Shown here one piece after another: positions 13,017-25,419 of a DNA stretch of 64,000 nt. How positions within the stretch are numbered: position 1 is the stretch's first letter; each line of letters opens with the position of its first letter. The position numbers and the translations under genes were made by a program. The DNA comes from Antedon mediterranea (Eukaryota; Animalia; Echinodermata). Where the stretch lies: NCBI RefSeq assembly GCF_964355755.1, contig NC_092678.1:15977881-16041880 (forward strand). Direction: 5' to 3'. The notes beneath the pieces are model-generated. The model had not been told where the DNA came from, made no database searches, and saw nothing but the letters and a program-made list of their open reading frames with translations.

Positions 13017-14998
13017 TTATTATTAAGTGTATTTTTGCGATACAATATTTTTTTTTTCTTTAATTTTATTACTCTCTTATTTTTGAGAGAGTATTATATC
13101 GTTTTAATAGTTACGTTGCCTTTATATATTAATTTTGTATTATGTATGTGATGAAATGAAAAAAAAAAAAAAAAAAAAAAAAAAAAGGTGTATGTTAGAC
13201 GTTACTCGGCATGGAATGGAGGTCTGCGGAGTCGTGAAATGTGCATAAAGTCACATTTGTGCAAACAACCACATTTGTGCAAACACTTTACCTTCAAATG
13301 TGCAAATCTGTAAAAATTCATAACCCACAAATGTGCAAACATCTCGCCGTTAAATATAAAAACGATCAGTTTTGACGTTAAATGTGAAAAAGGTATTCTA
13401 CAAATCTGCAAAGCATTTCTTCAACCAAAAACTTCTATTCCATTTTATATTTTTGGTTCGTAGGTCTTTCAGAGTAAAAATAACAATAGGAAAAAGAGTA
13501 TAACAAATTTAAAATGTTCAATATAATAAAAAACACTTATACTATTGTATTTTATTATAGTCAAAGTCTCTAAACCGCCTCGGCTAAATTCAAGTCGGCC
13601 CTAAGTCAACTCGCCCTCAAGTCAACTCGACCTCACGTCAACTGAGCTGCGTCAACTCGGCCACATTAAAGTATGGAACGCAAAAAAATAGTGTTTATAT
13701 TTCAATTATACCACATAGTTACGTTCAGTACTGAAATATTTTAGGATTGAAAAGAATAAAATATCTATGTGACGAAGACGGATATGACGAACCTCAAAAA
13801 TCATGTGACAGAAATGATATGAAGACTTGATTTGAATATGGTTATATTGACCATAGTAACATAGATACACAATGTAATAACGTGATACAGATATACAAAA
13901 CAAAATTTACAACAAAAATGCCCCTGGCAGTAGCAAACAGTCAAATCATCTCCGTCATAAAGATTCATTGGGAAATTTGACGGAGATGAGCGTGACGGAG
14001 ATGATGTATTTAGCATAGGACAGGACAGGATCACCCCGTAGGCATGTCTGACAGCGGAGACGGAGTGCATACTGCTAGACCCATGAATAAATTGTACTTC
14101 CAGTTGAAAAAAACCCAGAAATTATAATTATTTAATGAGTTCTATACCGTTCGGATATGACGTTCAATAAAGGTACGCAACTGTAATTTTTATAAAACCT
14201 TGTTTTATTAGCCTTTTTTTTTAATCTTTTATTGAAAATAATGTGCGGCTATATTTATTTCCATGTCTTCGAATGTTTACAACGCACAATCAATTTTTCC
14301 CTGCCATTCACATTTAAATTATGTGACGGTATGAATGACACAAAACTGTGGGACAAGCTTTTTTCTGAATAAAAACTTTAAAGTTTGCGATTTAATGTAT
14401 GTATGATGTATTTTGAAGAATAAAATCGCACGACATCATGATTAACTAATTTTTGACAAAATGTTATGAACAAAAGTATATACGACGAACATAACATTGA
14501 AGATGTACGATCGGGAAATGGGCTTTTAGGGGGTTGCCTGAAATATATATATTTTTAAATTAACAATATCAAAGCTATTATCTTTGGTTTATGTAATTAA
14601 TTATTCTTACAATAATGTTGATTATGATATAGGCCTAAGTCAAGAATTTGTATTTCTAATAAGGTATGTTTAGTCTCTATCCCACCAAAAAACCAGAACA
14701 CGATTTTAGACACTTACTGAAGAAAAGTTTCTAATAAAAGTCTTCTTATTGGAAATGTACAAGATACAATGAACTGTGTCCATTAGATTTTCTACATTTT
14801 ATGTAAAATTTGTTTGTGTTATGTGAGGTTTGAACAATTTATGAAATTGGAAATTGGGTGTAATTCCTTGTGCAAATTGAATCCAAATACTCGATTAAAA
14901 TTGATCACATTAGAAAATAGTGCAATGTATTTTAGTATTTGATAAAACCAAAGTTAAAATAAACCTGTGACGCATAAATATAAAAATAATGCAAGTCT

Positions 14999-15520
14999 AT
15001 TCAATTCAATTCAATTCAAAGTAACATTTATTTTCTTCAAATTAAAACAGTATACACAATGGTGTAAAAGAAAGGTAATTAAATTGAAGAAGGCATGTTC
15101 AAAAAAAGTAAAAAGCTTGTGACAGACATGCCTAAACAAAGATGGGATTTAAACTACACAGAAAAAGAAAATAAAAAATAAAATAAAGAAATAACAAAAT
15201 ATAAATGTAAATAACATGGGTTAAACTAAATAAGAAAAAAAATAAAAAAAATAATGTTGGTATAAATAAAGAACTATTCGTCTTCTTGTTACTCATCATT
15301 ATAATTATTATCATAAAATGTAATATAATAAAAATTAATACTTGGATGTGATATATTTTTAAATTTTAAATGAAAAACTTTTCTTAGATACAGCATCTTT
15401 AATATTTGAAGGTAGTTTATTCCATAGCTTAGGTCACTAAATCTTTTGTTATATTGAAATGATGTTTTTCTATGAAGAGGGTAACGCATTAAAAGAATAA
15501 TGGTTTATTAAAATTTCGCA
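14999..15520 (-). mobile_element. 5'-truncated CR1-type LINE 3' end
   Basis: (ATTCA)n tail at 14999-15018; degraded ORF2 C-terminus RYPLHRKTSFQY...FHLKFK. Confidence 0.6.
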
Positions 15521-15930
15521 ATTTCAAAATAAACAAGCTTGTGCAGATTCAAATTGCGAATTCTTTGCGCTATTTTGAATTCTGCATATAACATTCACAT
15601 TCATATTAATATTCATCCCTATACATGCGTACTTCGTTTTTATTATTTTTCTTCTGTTCATTAGAAGGATTTTGTCCCATTTATTTGCACTTTTTCCGTT
15701 TCAAACTTTAACATGGCCTACTGTAGTTGACGTGAGGCCGAGTTGACTTGAGGCCGAGTTAATTTGAGGGCGAATTGAATTTAGCCGAGGCGGTTGAGAG
15801 CCTCTGATTATAATAAAATACAACAGTATAATTAGTTTTTATAATATTGAACATTTTAAATTTATTATACTCTTTTTAGGTGATCATTTAGAATAAAATG
15901 ATCACCTATTGTTATTGTATGAAATCTTTA

Positions 15931-17552
15931 TTGGTTATCCGCCTCAAGCGGATAAGCATTTGTTATTGTAGTGTTACTTTTTTATTTTTTTATTATTCTT
16001 CTTTCTTTCTCAGATTTTGTGCACGCGTTTTCTCTTCAACGTGTTAACATAACATGTTGTAACTTGGTCAACATTTAGACATTTAACTGAAGATGTTCAG
16101 CCAAGCTTTTGGACGCTGTCAGATCCGCGTAGCGTAAGTCGCGCCCGATTTTCTGAAAATCTTAAATCGGTCATAACTTCGAAACAGATAAATATTTTTT
16201 AACGAAATTTTCAGCCACGTTTTCCTAACATCAATGGCTAACTTTTGGAATGTCTAACAAATTTTTGGAGATTAGAAAGTTTTCGCGTAAATTGCGTTTG
16301 AAATATTTTACTCTTCTTATTTTGTGCACGCTGTTTCTCTTCAACGTGAAAACATAATATGTTGTAACTTGTTCAGCATTTAGATATTTTACTGAAGTTG
16401 TCCAGCCAAGCTTTTTGACGATGTCAGAGCCGCGTAGCGTAAGTTACGCGTGATTTTTTGAAAATCTTAAATTGGTTATAACTTCGAAACAAATGAATAT
16501 TTTTTAACGTCATTTTCAGCCACGTTTGCTTCACATGAATAGTTAACTTTTTTAACGCTACCGCAATTTGTAACATTAGAAAGTGCGCGCGTAAATGGCG
16601 TTTGAAATTTTAAAATGCTTCAAATCAATATCTGATTAAATTAGAGCACGATTCAGGTCATTTTAAGCGTTTAAAAAATTGCCACTGGTGCGCACATTTT
16701 TACGCGCGCACGGCACAGGGAAGACGTGTGAGCATTAATTTTACACGATTTGTGTTTTTAAATCTTCGGTTAACAATTTTACGTTATTTTATTCACTTTT
16801 CTACTTGAAATGGCGTTCTACGAGCACGTTAAACATGACAGGTTGCGCACGAAAACGTCAACAAATGGTGAAAATGTTCCAAAATATGTCTACTTTTAAA
16901 AATGAAACAGTTCATCAGAATGCAAGGTTACCCCCATTTTTTATTTTATTTTCTTGCAGTGTATTAATCATAGGTCTAATTTATTATAGTCTTGAATGTT
17001 AAAAAGTGTTTGATGGCTGCATTATTTGCATATTAAATGTAATTTTTGAAATAATTATCATCAAACAAACATAAACATATTCAAAGAGTAAAACAATAAA
17101 CATAACGTTTATCTTTTTCTTTACATGTTAATATATACAACTTGAAAGTATGCACTTTCATAATATGTCACTGTTTAAAATTTGTGAAGATTTCATCATA
17201 GTAAAAATTATGATTTAAGTTCGATATGTAATAATCAACTTGCATCGAGGGGGTTCACGACATACCGAATGAACGAGGACTCTTTCTTCGGATTCTCATC
17301 AGCAGGTGCTCATATGGCTCGATGTGTAATGCAACCGACTTTGGTATCGGAGGTACCGGGTTCGAATCTCATCACGGGAAAACAATTAAATAAAAGGATT
17401 TGTTTGGTTATTACACTGAAAGAGCAGTTTTAATTTTGAATAGGCTACATTTTTTGGAAAAGTCATAACTGAAAAGTACTTGAATGCGCAAGATACGTTT
17501 TGTTGCGGGCGGATAACCAAACTCGTCCTCAAGTGACGAGTTTAAGATCTAG
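15931..17552 (+). mobile_element. Helentron-type non-autonomous element, family B
   Basis: Starts TTGGTTATCCGC..GCGGATAA; ends GCGGATAACC + hairpin AAACTCGTC..GACGAGTTT + CTAG. Internal ~310-bp duplication at ~16000-16620. Confidence 0.75.
17306..17378 (+). other. Degenerate tRNA-derived (Pol III A/B box) sequence
   Basis: A-box-like TGGCTCGATGTG and B-box GGTTCGAATC at tRNA-like spacing; the acceptor stem does not pair. Confidence 0.45.
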
Positions 17553-19129
17553 TTGGTTATCCGCAACTTAGTTGCAGGATAACCCATGTGATTGTAAATA
17601 TCTTTTTTTTCATCTTCTTTGTTATTCTTTCTTTCCCGGATTTTGTGACCAGCATATCTCTATTGCTTGTGAACATAACTTTGTATAACTTGGTAAAAAG
17701 ATTGACATTGAAGGGTAGATGTGCAGCCAAGCTTTTGGACGATGTCAGATACGCGTTGCGTAAGTTACGCGCGATTTTATGAATTTATATAACTGATCAT
17801 AACTTTAGAACCAACAAATATTGTTTCATGAAACTTAATAAAATTATAATTCATATCATGAGTCAATTTTCTATGGATTAAAAATGACATGTTTTACAAG
17901 AAGTTACGCGCGCACGCGCATTTAAAGTTTCAAAATGCGCAAAATTAATTTCTAATCAACTTTCTACGCTGATCATGACATTTTGAGCATGTCAAAAATT
18001 CCCGCGCGTGCGAAAAAATTTACGCGTATGGTGCGCACGGTGCATGAAAATCATGTTTTTTTCTCTTGAATTATGATTTTCCATCCTTTCCTAGTCATTT
18101 TAAAACAGATTGACATCATTTCAAATAAAAATGACGTCATACGAACACGTTGATTTAGACAATTTGCGTGCGTTTTAGTTGCAAAAAAGACAAAATATTG
18201 TCAAAATTATGCCTACTTTGAATCTATTATAGCTCCTCAGGATCAACCGTTACCCCCATTTTTTAAAATTTAATATGTAAGCAGATATGTTGTAGATATG
18301 AATTCATGCAGAATCTTTACCCCTCGGATGTTATGACGTCATCGTATGGCCACACAAATGTAAAATATTGGATTTTTTACTGTTTCGTTATTGCTCATTA
18401 CATTAAATAGAGCGCATATCGCTTATACGTATTCCATTTCCTCATATATTTTAATACTGTCTAGGTCAATCAACTATCTCTCGCATGAGTTAAAAATATT
18501 TTAATTTTTATGACGTCATCATGTCTAAAAATGTAAATAACGTGGGTCACTTATTTTTATCTTTACAGTAAATTTCAATCGGTTATAGCTCGTCAGAGTT
18601 ATAAGTGATAATCATTATTAAACGTTTTCTTGAAGCTATTGGATTGTAGATACGAATTCATGTGAATATTTTGTCAATCAGATGTTGTGACGTCATCATA
18701 TGGCCAGTTGAATTCAAAAAGTCATATTTTCACCTCTTGCGTAAAAGTTCATTGCGTTTAAACGAGAGCGCATCTCACTTTTACGTGACCAAAATTCTTT
18801 AAATTTGTATTAACGTAATTAATTAGATAATTATCTTCTAAAATTGTTATTTTTATGTCAATTTGATGATGTCATCGTGTTAATAATTGGATTTAAAAGA
18901 TGGGTCTCGAAATTCCGTCTATGCTACACTGTATATAACATACAGTGTATTCTGTAAATACTGTAACATGATGTATGCTACAAAATAGGTACAATTCAGC
19001 ACTGTAAACATATTTATTTCATGTCATAGGATGGCATAATAATTGTCGAGGTTTATATAGTTTAAAGTATGTGCATGTTGCGTATGCGCGGATAACCCGA
19101 ACTCGTCAAAGTGACGAGTTCAAATCTAG
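17553..19129 (+). mobile_element. Helentron-type non-autonomous element, family C
   Basis: Starts TTGGTTATCCGCAAC..GTTGCAGGATAACC; ends GCGGATAACC + GAACTCGTC-AAAGT-GACGAGTTC + CTAG. Confidence 0.75.
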
Positions 19130-20710
19130 TTAGGTGATCATTTAGAATAAAATGATCACCTATTGTTATTGTATGAAATCTTTATTCTTATTCTTATTAT
19201 TTATTTCTCTCTGTACAGATTTTGTGTAACAAATATCTCAAAAAGTTTAATGTTAATGATTACCAAAATTTCACAATGTCTTTCAAATACGTTAACTTAG
19301 TCCTAATAAGCTTTTCAGCGTGATCACTCATCCGTGACGTCACGTATACGCCATTTTGTGAAATCACATTATCAATCATATCTCCATAATTCATTATCAC
19401 ATATTAATGAAAATCACTACACGTAAACTTGAGGTCAAGATAAAAAATATTAGCAAATAAAAACTCGGGCGTTTCAAGGTCATGCGCGTGAAATCGCGCG
19501 TTGAAATTTTAAAAAGCTCAAAATTTAGTTTTTATCAATTTAGAGCATGAAATAGGCCATTTGCGTGTTTAAAAAATTACTGCGCAAAAACACATTTTTG
19601 CGCACGGGATTTTTAAAAAGGGTAAAAAATAAAATTTAATGTATACATCATATTCTACTCACAATCCTTAGTACATTCTCCGACTTTGAGTCCATTCCGA
19701 CTTAAAATAACGCTATACGAGCACGTTAAAAATGACAAAATGCGCACATTAATTGTACAAAAGTGCTAAAAATGGTAAAAAAATAAGGCCTTTTTAAAAT
19801 GAATATAACTCTTCAGAATGGCAGGTGACCCCCAATTTTTTTAACTTATTATGGAAGCCAATAAGTTGTAGATATAAATATATATACATATTAGACGTAC
19901 AAAATGGTATGACGTCATCAAATGGCCACTTGAATTTAAAAATTAGTAATTATTATCTTTTTGTGTGGGTTATCACATTCAATAGAGCGCATCTCCGTTA
20001 TTTGAGCCCAATTTTTGCACACATTTTAGTATGTGCTTGCTCAATTAATTATCTTTCTCATAAGTTGTCAACATTTTTATTTTGATGACGTCATCACGCG
20101 TAAAAACTTGAATAACCTAGGTCGTGTAATTTCAGCTACACCATACATTTGAATATCTTATAGCTCCTCAGAATTAAAGGTGACCTTGAAGATTATAATT
20201 TATTATGAAAGCTGATGAAATGTAGATATGAATTCATATAAAAATTAAGCCTATCGGATGTTGTGATGTTATCATATGGCCAGTTGAAGTTAAAAAGTAG
20301 TTTTTAAATTTCTTTAGTCGAAGTTATACAAATTTCAAAGAGCGCGCATTGCGCTTCTACGTGTCAAATTCTCTTCCAATCCTTATATTTATTTGCTCAA
20401 TTCATTCTCTTTCGAAATTGTCATCTTCGAGTTTATTTTGATAATTCCATCATACCAAAAAATTTGAACTTGATGTGTGTCCCATAATTTCACCTATGCT
20501 ACACTGTATATAGATAATATACAGTATATACTGTACATTGTATGGCATATAATAGGCATTACTCAGCAATACAAGCGTATAATAGGATGGCATACATCAA
20601 CATTTTCCTATCGTATGTTAACGTACGTACATGTTTAAAAAAAAATTAATTTCATTAAAATGATAAAAATGATCACCTATAATTCGTCAAAGTGACGAAT
20701 TAAATTCTAG
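19130..20710 (+). mobile_element. Helentron-type non-autonomous element, family A, complete inner copy
   Basis: Same termini as the outer copy; body nearly identical to 20711-22247. Confidence 0.78.
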
Positions 20711-22530
20711 TTCTTATTCTTATTATTTATTTCTCTCTGTACAGATTTTGTGTAACAAATATCTCAAAAAGTTTAATGTTAATGATTACCAAAATTTCAC
20801 AATGTCTTTCAAATACGTTAACTTAGTCCTAATAAGCTTTTCAGCGTGATCACTCATCCGTGACGTCATGTATACGCCATTTTGTGAAATCACATTATCA
20901 ATCATATCTCCATAATTCATTATCACATATTAATGAAAATCACTACACGTAAACTTGAGGTCAAGGTAAAAAATATTAGCAAATAAAAACTCGGGCGTTT
21001 CAAGGTCATGCGCGTGAAATCGCGCGTTGAAATTTTAAAAAGCTCAAAATTTAGTTTTTATCAATTTAGAGCATGAAATAGGCCATTTGTGTGTTTAAAA
21101 AAATTACTGCGCAAAAACACATTTTTGCGCACGCGATTTTTAAAAAGGGTAAAAAATAAAATTTGATGTATACATCATATTCTACTCACAATCCTTAGTA
21201 CATTCTCCGACTTTGAGTCCATTCCGACTTAAAATAACGCTATACGAGCACGTTAAAAATGACAAAATGCGCACATTAATTGTACAAAAGTGCTAAAAAT
21301 GGTAAAAAATAAGGACTTTTTAAAATGAATATAACTCTTCAGAATGGCAGGTGACCCCCAATTTTTTTAACTTATTATGGAAGCCAATAAGTTGTAGATA
21401 CAAATGTATATACACATTAGACGTACAAAATGGTATGACGTCATCAAATGGCCACTTGATTTTAGAAATTAGGAATTTTTATCGTTTTGTGTGGGTTATC
21501 ACATTCAATAGAGCGCATCTCGGTTATTTGAGCCCGATTTTCGCACAAATTTTAGTATGTGCTTGCTCAATTAATTATTTTTCTAATGAGTTGTCAACAT
21601 TTTTATTTTGATTACTTCATCACGCGTAAAAACTTGAATAACCTAGGTCGTGTAATTTCAGCTACACCATACATTTGAATATCTTAAAGCTCTTCAGAAT
21701 TAAAGGTGACCTTGAAGATTATAATTTATTATGAAAGCTGATGAAATGTAGATATGAATTCATATAAAAATTAAGCGTATCGGATGTTGTGATGTTATCA
21801 TATGGCCAGTTGAAGTTAAAAAGTAGTTTTTAAATTTCTTTAGTCGAAGTTATACAAATTTCAAAGAGCGCGCATTGCGCTTCTACGTGTCAAATTCTCT
21901 TCCATTCCTTATATTTATTTGCTCAATTCATTATCTTTCGAAATTGTCATCTTCGAGTTTATTTTGATAATTCCATCATACCAAAAAATTAGAACATGAT
22001 GTGGGTCCCGTAATTTCACCTATGCTACACTGTATATAGATATACAGTATATACTGTACATATTGTATACGACACATAATAGGTACAACTCAGCACTATA
22101 AGTATATATGCATCATGTCATAGGATAGCGTACATCAGCTTTTTACGATCATATGTTAACGTACACGCATGTTTAAAAAATGTTAATTTCATTAAAATGA
22201 TAAAAATGATCACCTATAATTCGTCAAAGTGACGAATTAAATTCTAGTTCCTATTGTTATTTCTAATCTGAAAGACCTACAAACCAAAAATATAAAATGT
22301 AATAGGAATTTGACTGAAGAAATGATTTGCACATTTGTAGAATACCTTTTGCACATTTAACGTCAAAACTGATCGTTTTTACTTTTTGCACATGTCACGG
22401 CTCCACAAGGTCTTAGCCAAGATGTAAGATAGATGTAACACCATACTACTGATTTGATACGAATTGTATAATTGTAACATAATGCGAAATGTTCCTAACC
22501 ATGCTAGTAGTGGTGCAGTTATTAAAGAAT

Positions 22531-24456
22531 ATTCATATTCATATTCATATTCATTTATTATCCAGAAAAAATAAAGCAAAAACAATACAAAAAGCATAAA
22601 TTACATAGAACAACAACAAGCAGAGAAAAAGCGCAGAACACTATCCTGGCGGATTGTCAAAAAGCAAAAAATATCGCTATAAAAGACTCTCCTGATAGCA
22701 CTGGTGGCAAAATAACATTAACAAGGATAAACATTTAACAACCCGGTAACATAGAATTTATATAAAACAGAATAAAAATTGCAATCATTATAAATAAACA
22801 TGTCTGTGTTATATACCAAAATCTCATCCCACATCCGTGGAAATGAAATAAAAACAGAATAAAAAAAAGCATTAGTACGAGACTTCTCATGTCTGAAAAC
22901 AAGTTTCTCACTTCTACGTTCAACAGGTTTAGGTAGCAAAGCACCATCAATTAGGAAATCTGTACAGAGGCACTTCACAACAAATTTAACACGGATGAAT
23001 TTAAGTCTATTATAAATCGTGGGTAATTTGAGAGTCCGTAACCTTTGTTCGTATGACGGCCGCATGTCATAATCCATGTGAAAAAAACGTGGGAAGCATG
23101 ATCGTGTAAAGCGTCTCTGAACAGATTCAATCTGATTGATGGTGCTTTGCAGAAATGGAAACCAGACAGGTGAAGCGTATTCAATTACAGGCCTAATGAT
23201 ATACTTAAATAATTTAGGAAAAACGGTCTGATCATTGGTTCTAACACACCTCTTATTAAATCCTACAAGTTTATTGCATTTACCAGTAGTCAGAGAGATG
23301 TGTTTATTCCACTTCAAATCTGAAGACAAGGTAACACCAAGATACTTGTATTCTGTTACACTTTCTAGTACTTTATTATCAATTTTATAATGAAAATACT
23401 GTTTTACTTTCGATCTAGAGATCGACATAACCTTACATTTACTGTTATTTAGAGACATATAATTATCATTGCCCCATAGGGCTATGGCAGTTAGATCGTC
23501 TTGAAGCTTCAAACAATCATCTTGATTATTTATTACTCTGAACAACACAGTATCATCTGCATATAATGCAATATTTGAATTAACTACTGATGGGAGCTCA
23601 CATGTATACAAATTAAAAAGAATAGGTCCCAACACGGAACCTTGAGGTACCCCCGATAATACATCTTTCCAATCAGAAAGTGAACCTTTGAATAACACTG
23701 CTTGGCTACGGTTAATCAGAAAAGATTGTAACCAGCTCATGAGCTTACCGGCAAAGCCATATTTTTGTAGCTTATTAATGAGAAGTGAATGACAAACCTT
23801 GTCAAAAGCCTTGGACCAATCTAAAAACACAGCATCAACTCTTGGTGGTTTGTTTACATCTAAACATTTAGCCCATTGGTGGTAAATTGTGGCAAGCTGT
23901 GTTACACACGATCTTTTGTTACAGAAACCATGTTGTGTGGAAGGCAAAAGGCCAAGTTTATCAGCATGAGAAACCATGTGCTTTCCAATAAAGCACTCAA
24001 GCATTTTCCCGACCAATGACGTCAGGGAGATGGGGCGATAGTTTACAACATTGTCACCAGGGCCTGATTTATGTATTGGTACAACATGGGCTACTTTCCA
24101 GTCAGCTGGAACTTTACCGGTTTTAATTGAGATCTTAAATATCTCAGTCAAAACACCAATGATTGTGAAAGATGACAGTTTAAGCATTTTAGGGGAGATA
24201 CCGTCAGGCCCTGGGGATGTATTCCCATCTAATGAAGTAATCATACATTTAACATCTGCTTCATTGATCAGCAGATCAGAAAGAGGAGGATCAACCAATG
24301 AAGCTATCATCTGGTTATTATTGGGTACATGTTTAGAAAAGTTACTATGAAAAAATGTATTAAATTTATTAGCAATTAAACTAGGATCATCTGTTGTGAT
24401 GTTATCAAACTTAAAACTTGTTGGAAAACATTTATGTCTTTTAGCATTAACGAAAG
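22531..24456 (-). mobile_element. 5'-truncated CR1-group LINE
   Basis: (GAATAT)n tail; 7-bp TSD AAAGAAT at 22524-22530 and 24457-24463; paralogous empty site near 42740. Confidence 0.88.
22718..24310 (-). CDS. Reverse transcriptase (partial ORF2, no endonuclease)
   Basis: Motifs NYRPISLTS, LDWSKAFD, GVPQGSVLGP, LYADD and KYLGV. Confidence 0.9.
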   Translation of the reverse strand: MIASLVDPPLSDLLINEADVKCMITSLDGNTSPGPDGISPKMLKLSSFTIIGVLTEIFKISIKTGKVPADWKVAHVVPIHKSGPGDNVVNYRPISLTSLVGKMLECFIGKHMVSHADKLGLLPSTQHGFCNKRSCVTQLATIYHQWAKCLDVNKPPRVDAVFLDWSKAFDKVCHSLLINKLQKYGFAGKLMSWLQSFLINRSQAVLFKGSLSDWKDVLSGVPQGSVLGPILFNLYTCELPSVVNSNIALYADDTVLFRVINNQDDCLKLQDDLTAIALWGNDNYMSLNNSKCKVMSISRSKVKQYFHYKIDNKVLESVTEYKYLGVTLSSDLKWNKHISLTTGKCNKLVGFNKRCVRTNDQTVFPKLFKYIIRPVIEYASPVWFPFLQSTINQIESVQRRFTRSCFPRFFHMDYDMRPSYEQRLRTLKLPTIYNRLKFIRVKFVVKCLCTDFLIDGALLPKPVERRSEKLVFRHEKSRTNAFFYSVFISFPRMWDEILVYNTDMFIYNDCNFYSVLYKFYVTGLLNVYPC

Positions 24457-24874
24457 AAAGAATTATATGATTTGTAAATTAGTTTTTATTATCACAACGT
24501 GCAACATAGTGTGACGTATTATATTGTCTGTAAACTCTTAAGAATGATTAATTAATAGGCCTATGTATTTTATAATAATTATGTAATTTCTCAATTAATA
24601 AAACATACCAGTTATAATAACAAATTACTGTAAAAAAACAGACAAATCTAAGCAAATTACATTATGGTAAAGTATTACAGTCTTCTTTTATCATTATTAT
24701 GATAATAATAATAAAAAAACAACAAAAAACATCGGGTATTATTATTTTAGATTTGCATGAATATTCTGTAATTGTAAAGCATAACAAGTAAAACGATGAC
24801 TATAATAATTGTGGTTATCTTACAACGAAAATATACTATTTTCAAAAGTATGATAAACAAAAGAAAGCACTCAC

Positions 24875-24946
24875 AGTCTTGTCAATGATTTCAAACCATC
24901 AAACACATTTGCTGGTAATGTTGTTATTTGATTACTGCCCAAATCC
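24875..24946 (-). CDS. 72-nt single-LRR exon (DLGSNQITTLPANVFDGLKSLTRL)
   Basis: ttttcAG acceptor and GTGAGT donor, 72 nt, open frame, LRR consensus. Confidence 0.87.
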
Positions 24947-25419
24947 CTGAAAACCGTGAAAAAGCAATAATAATGATATGTATAGTTTCAAGGTACAGTA
25001 AACAACCATATTATGTTATTATAATGTTATTACTTTTTAAAAACAACACAAAATAGCTACTGCATTCTGCCAAAGGAAGCCAAAATGCTTTTGTCGCCGA
25101 TTAGGAGTGCCAGTGCAATAGTAAATGTATAATAATAGCGAGAAAATAATAGTACTTGTTGATATTACTTCGGCTCTTATATTACCATTGTTTACATTTT
25201 ACAACTATTGTTCATTAACTGCTTTTACATCAATGTAATTACAATATCAATAATATAATTCATGGATATGGATCAACATCTACAATACAATATTACCGTC
25301 AATAGCCCTATTAAAAACACACATATTATTAAATGATGATGATCCATGTATTCTGCTTCTTTATTTTTCATTATGGCATAATTTCACACGTCTGCTGGTT
25401 GTTCTACAGTAACTGAATT

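Larger units (their letters stand above)
2602..13186 (+). mobile_element. Full-length L1/Tx1-clade LINE, interrupted by a DNA transposon in the inter-ORF spacer
   Basis: 5' UTR from 2602, ORF1, ORF2 (APE-RT-CCHC), A28 tail at 13159-13186. The flanks rejoin to match paralogous empty sites at ~42440-42480 and ~43125-43170. Confidence 0.92.
15876..22247 (+). mobile_element. Helentron/Helitron2-type non-autonomous element, family A, outer copy (head 15876-15930, body 20711-22247)
   Basis: 5' IR TAGGTGATCATTT..AAATGATCACCTA, 3' subterminal AAATGATCACCTA, hairpin AATTCGTC-AAAGT-GACGAATT, CTAG end. Inserted in a T run with no TSD. Confidence 0.75.
13225..22407. mobile_element. Non-autonomous long-TIR (foldback) DNA element with TG...CA ends and 5-bp TSD
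   Basis: TGCGGAGTCGTGAAATGTGCATAAAGT pairs with ACTTTTTGCACATGTCACGGCTCCACA; TSD AGGTC at 13220-13224 and 22408-22412. The ~13360-13660 arm is inverted at 15710-15876 plus 22248-22380. Confidence 0.8.

Noticed and set aside
17306-17378. Functional tRNA gene
   Set aside because: The acceptor stem does not pair and there is no Pol III T-run terminator immediately after.
19825-21611. Duplicated 86-aa ORFs
   Set aside because: Chance frames inside two copies of a non-autonomous element; GTG start and no domain features.
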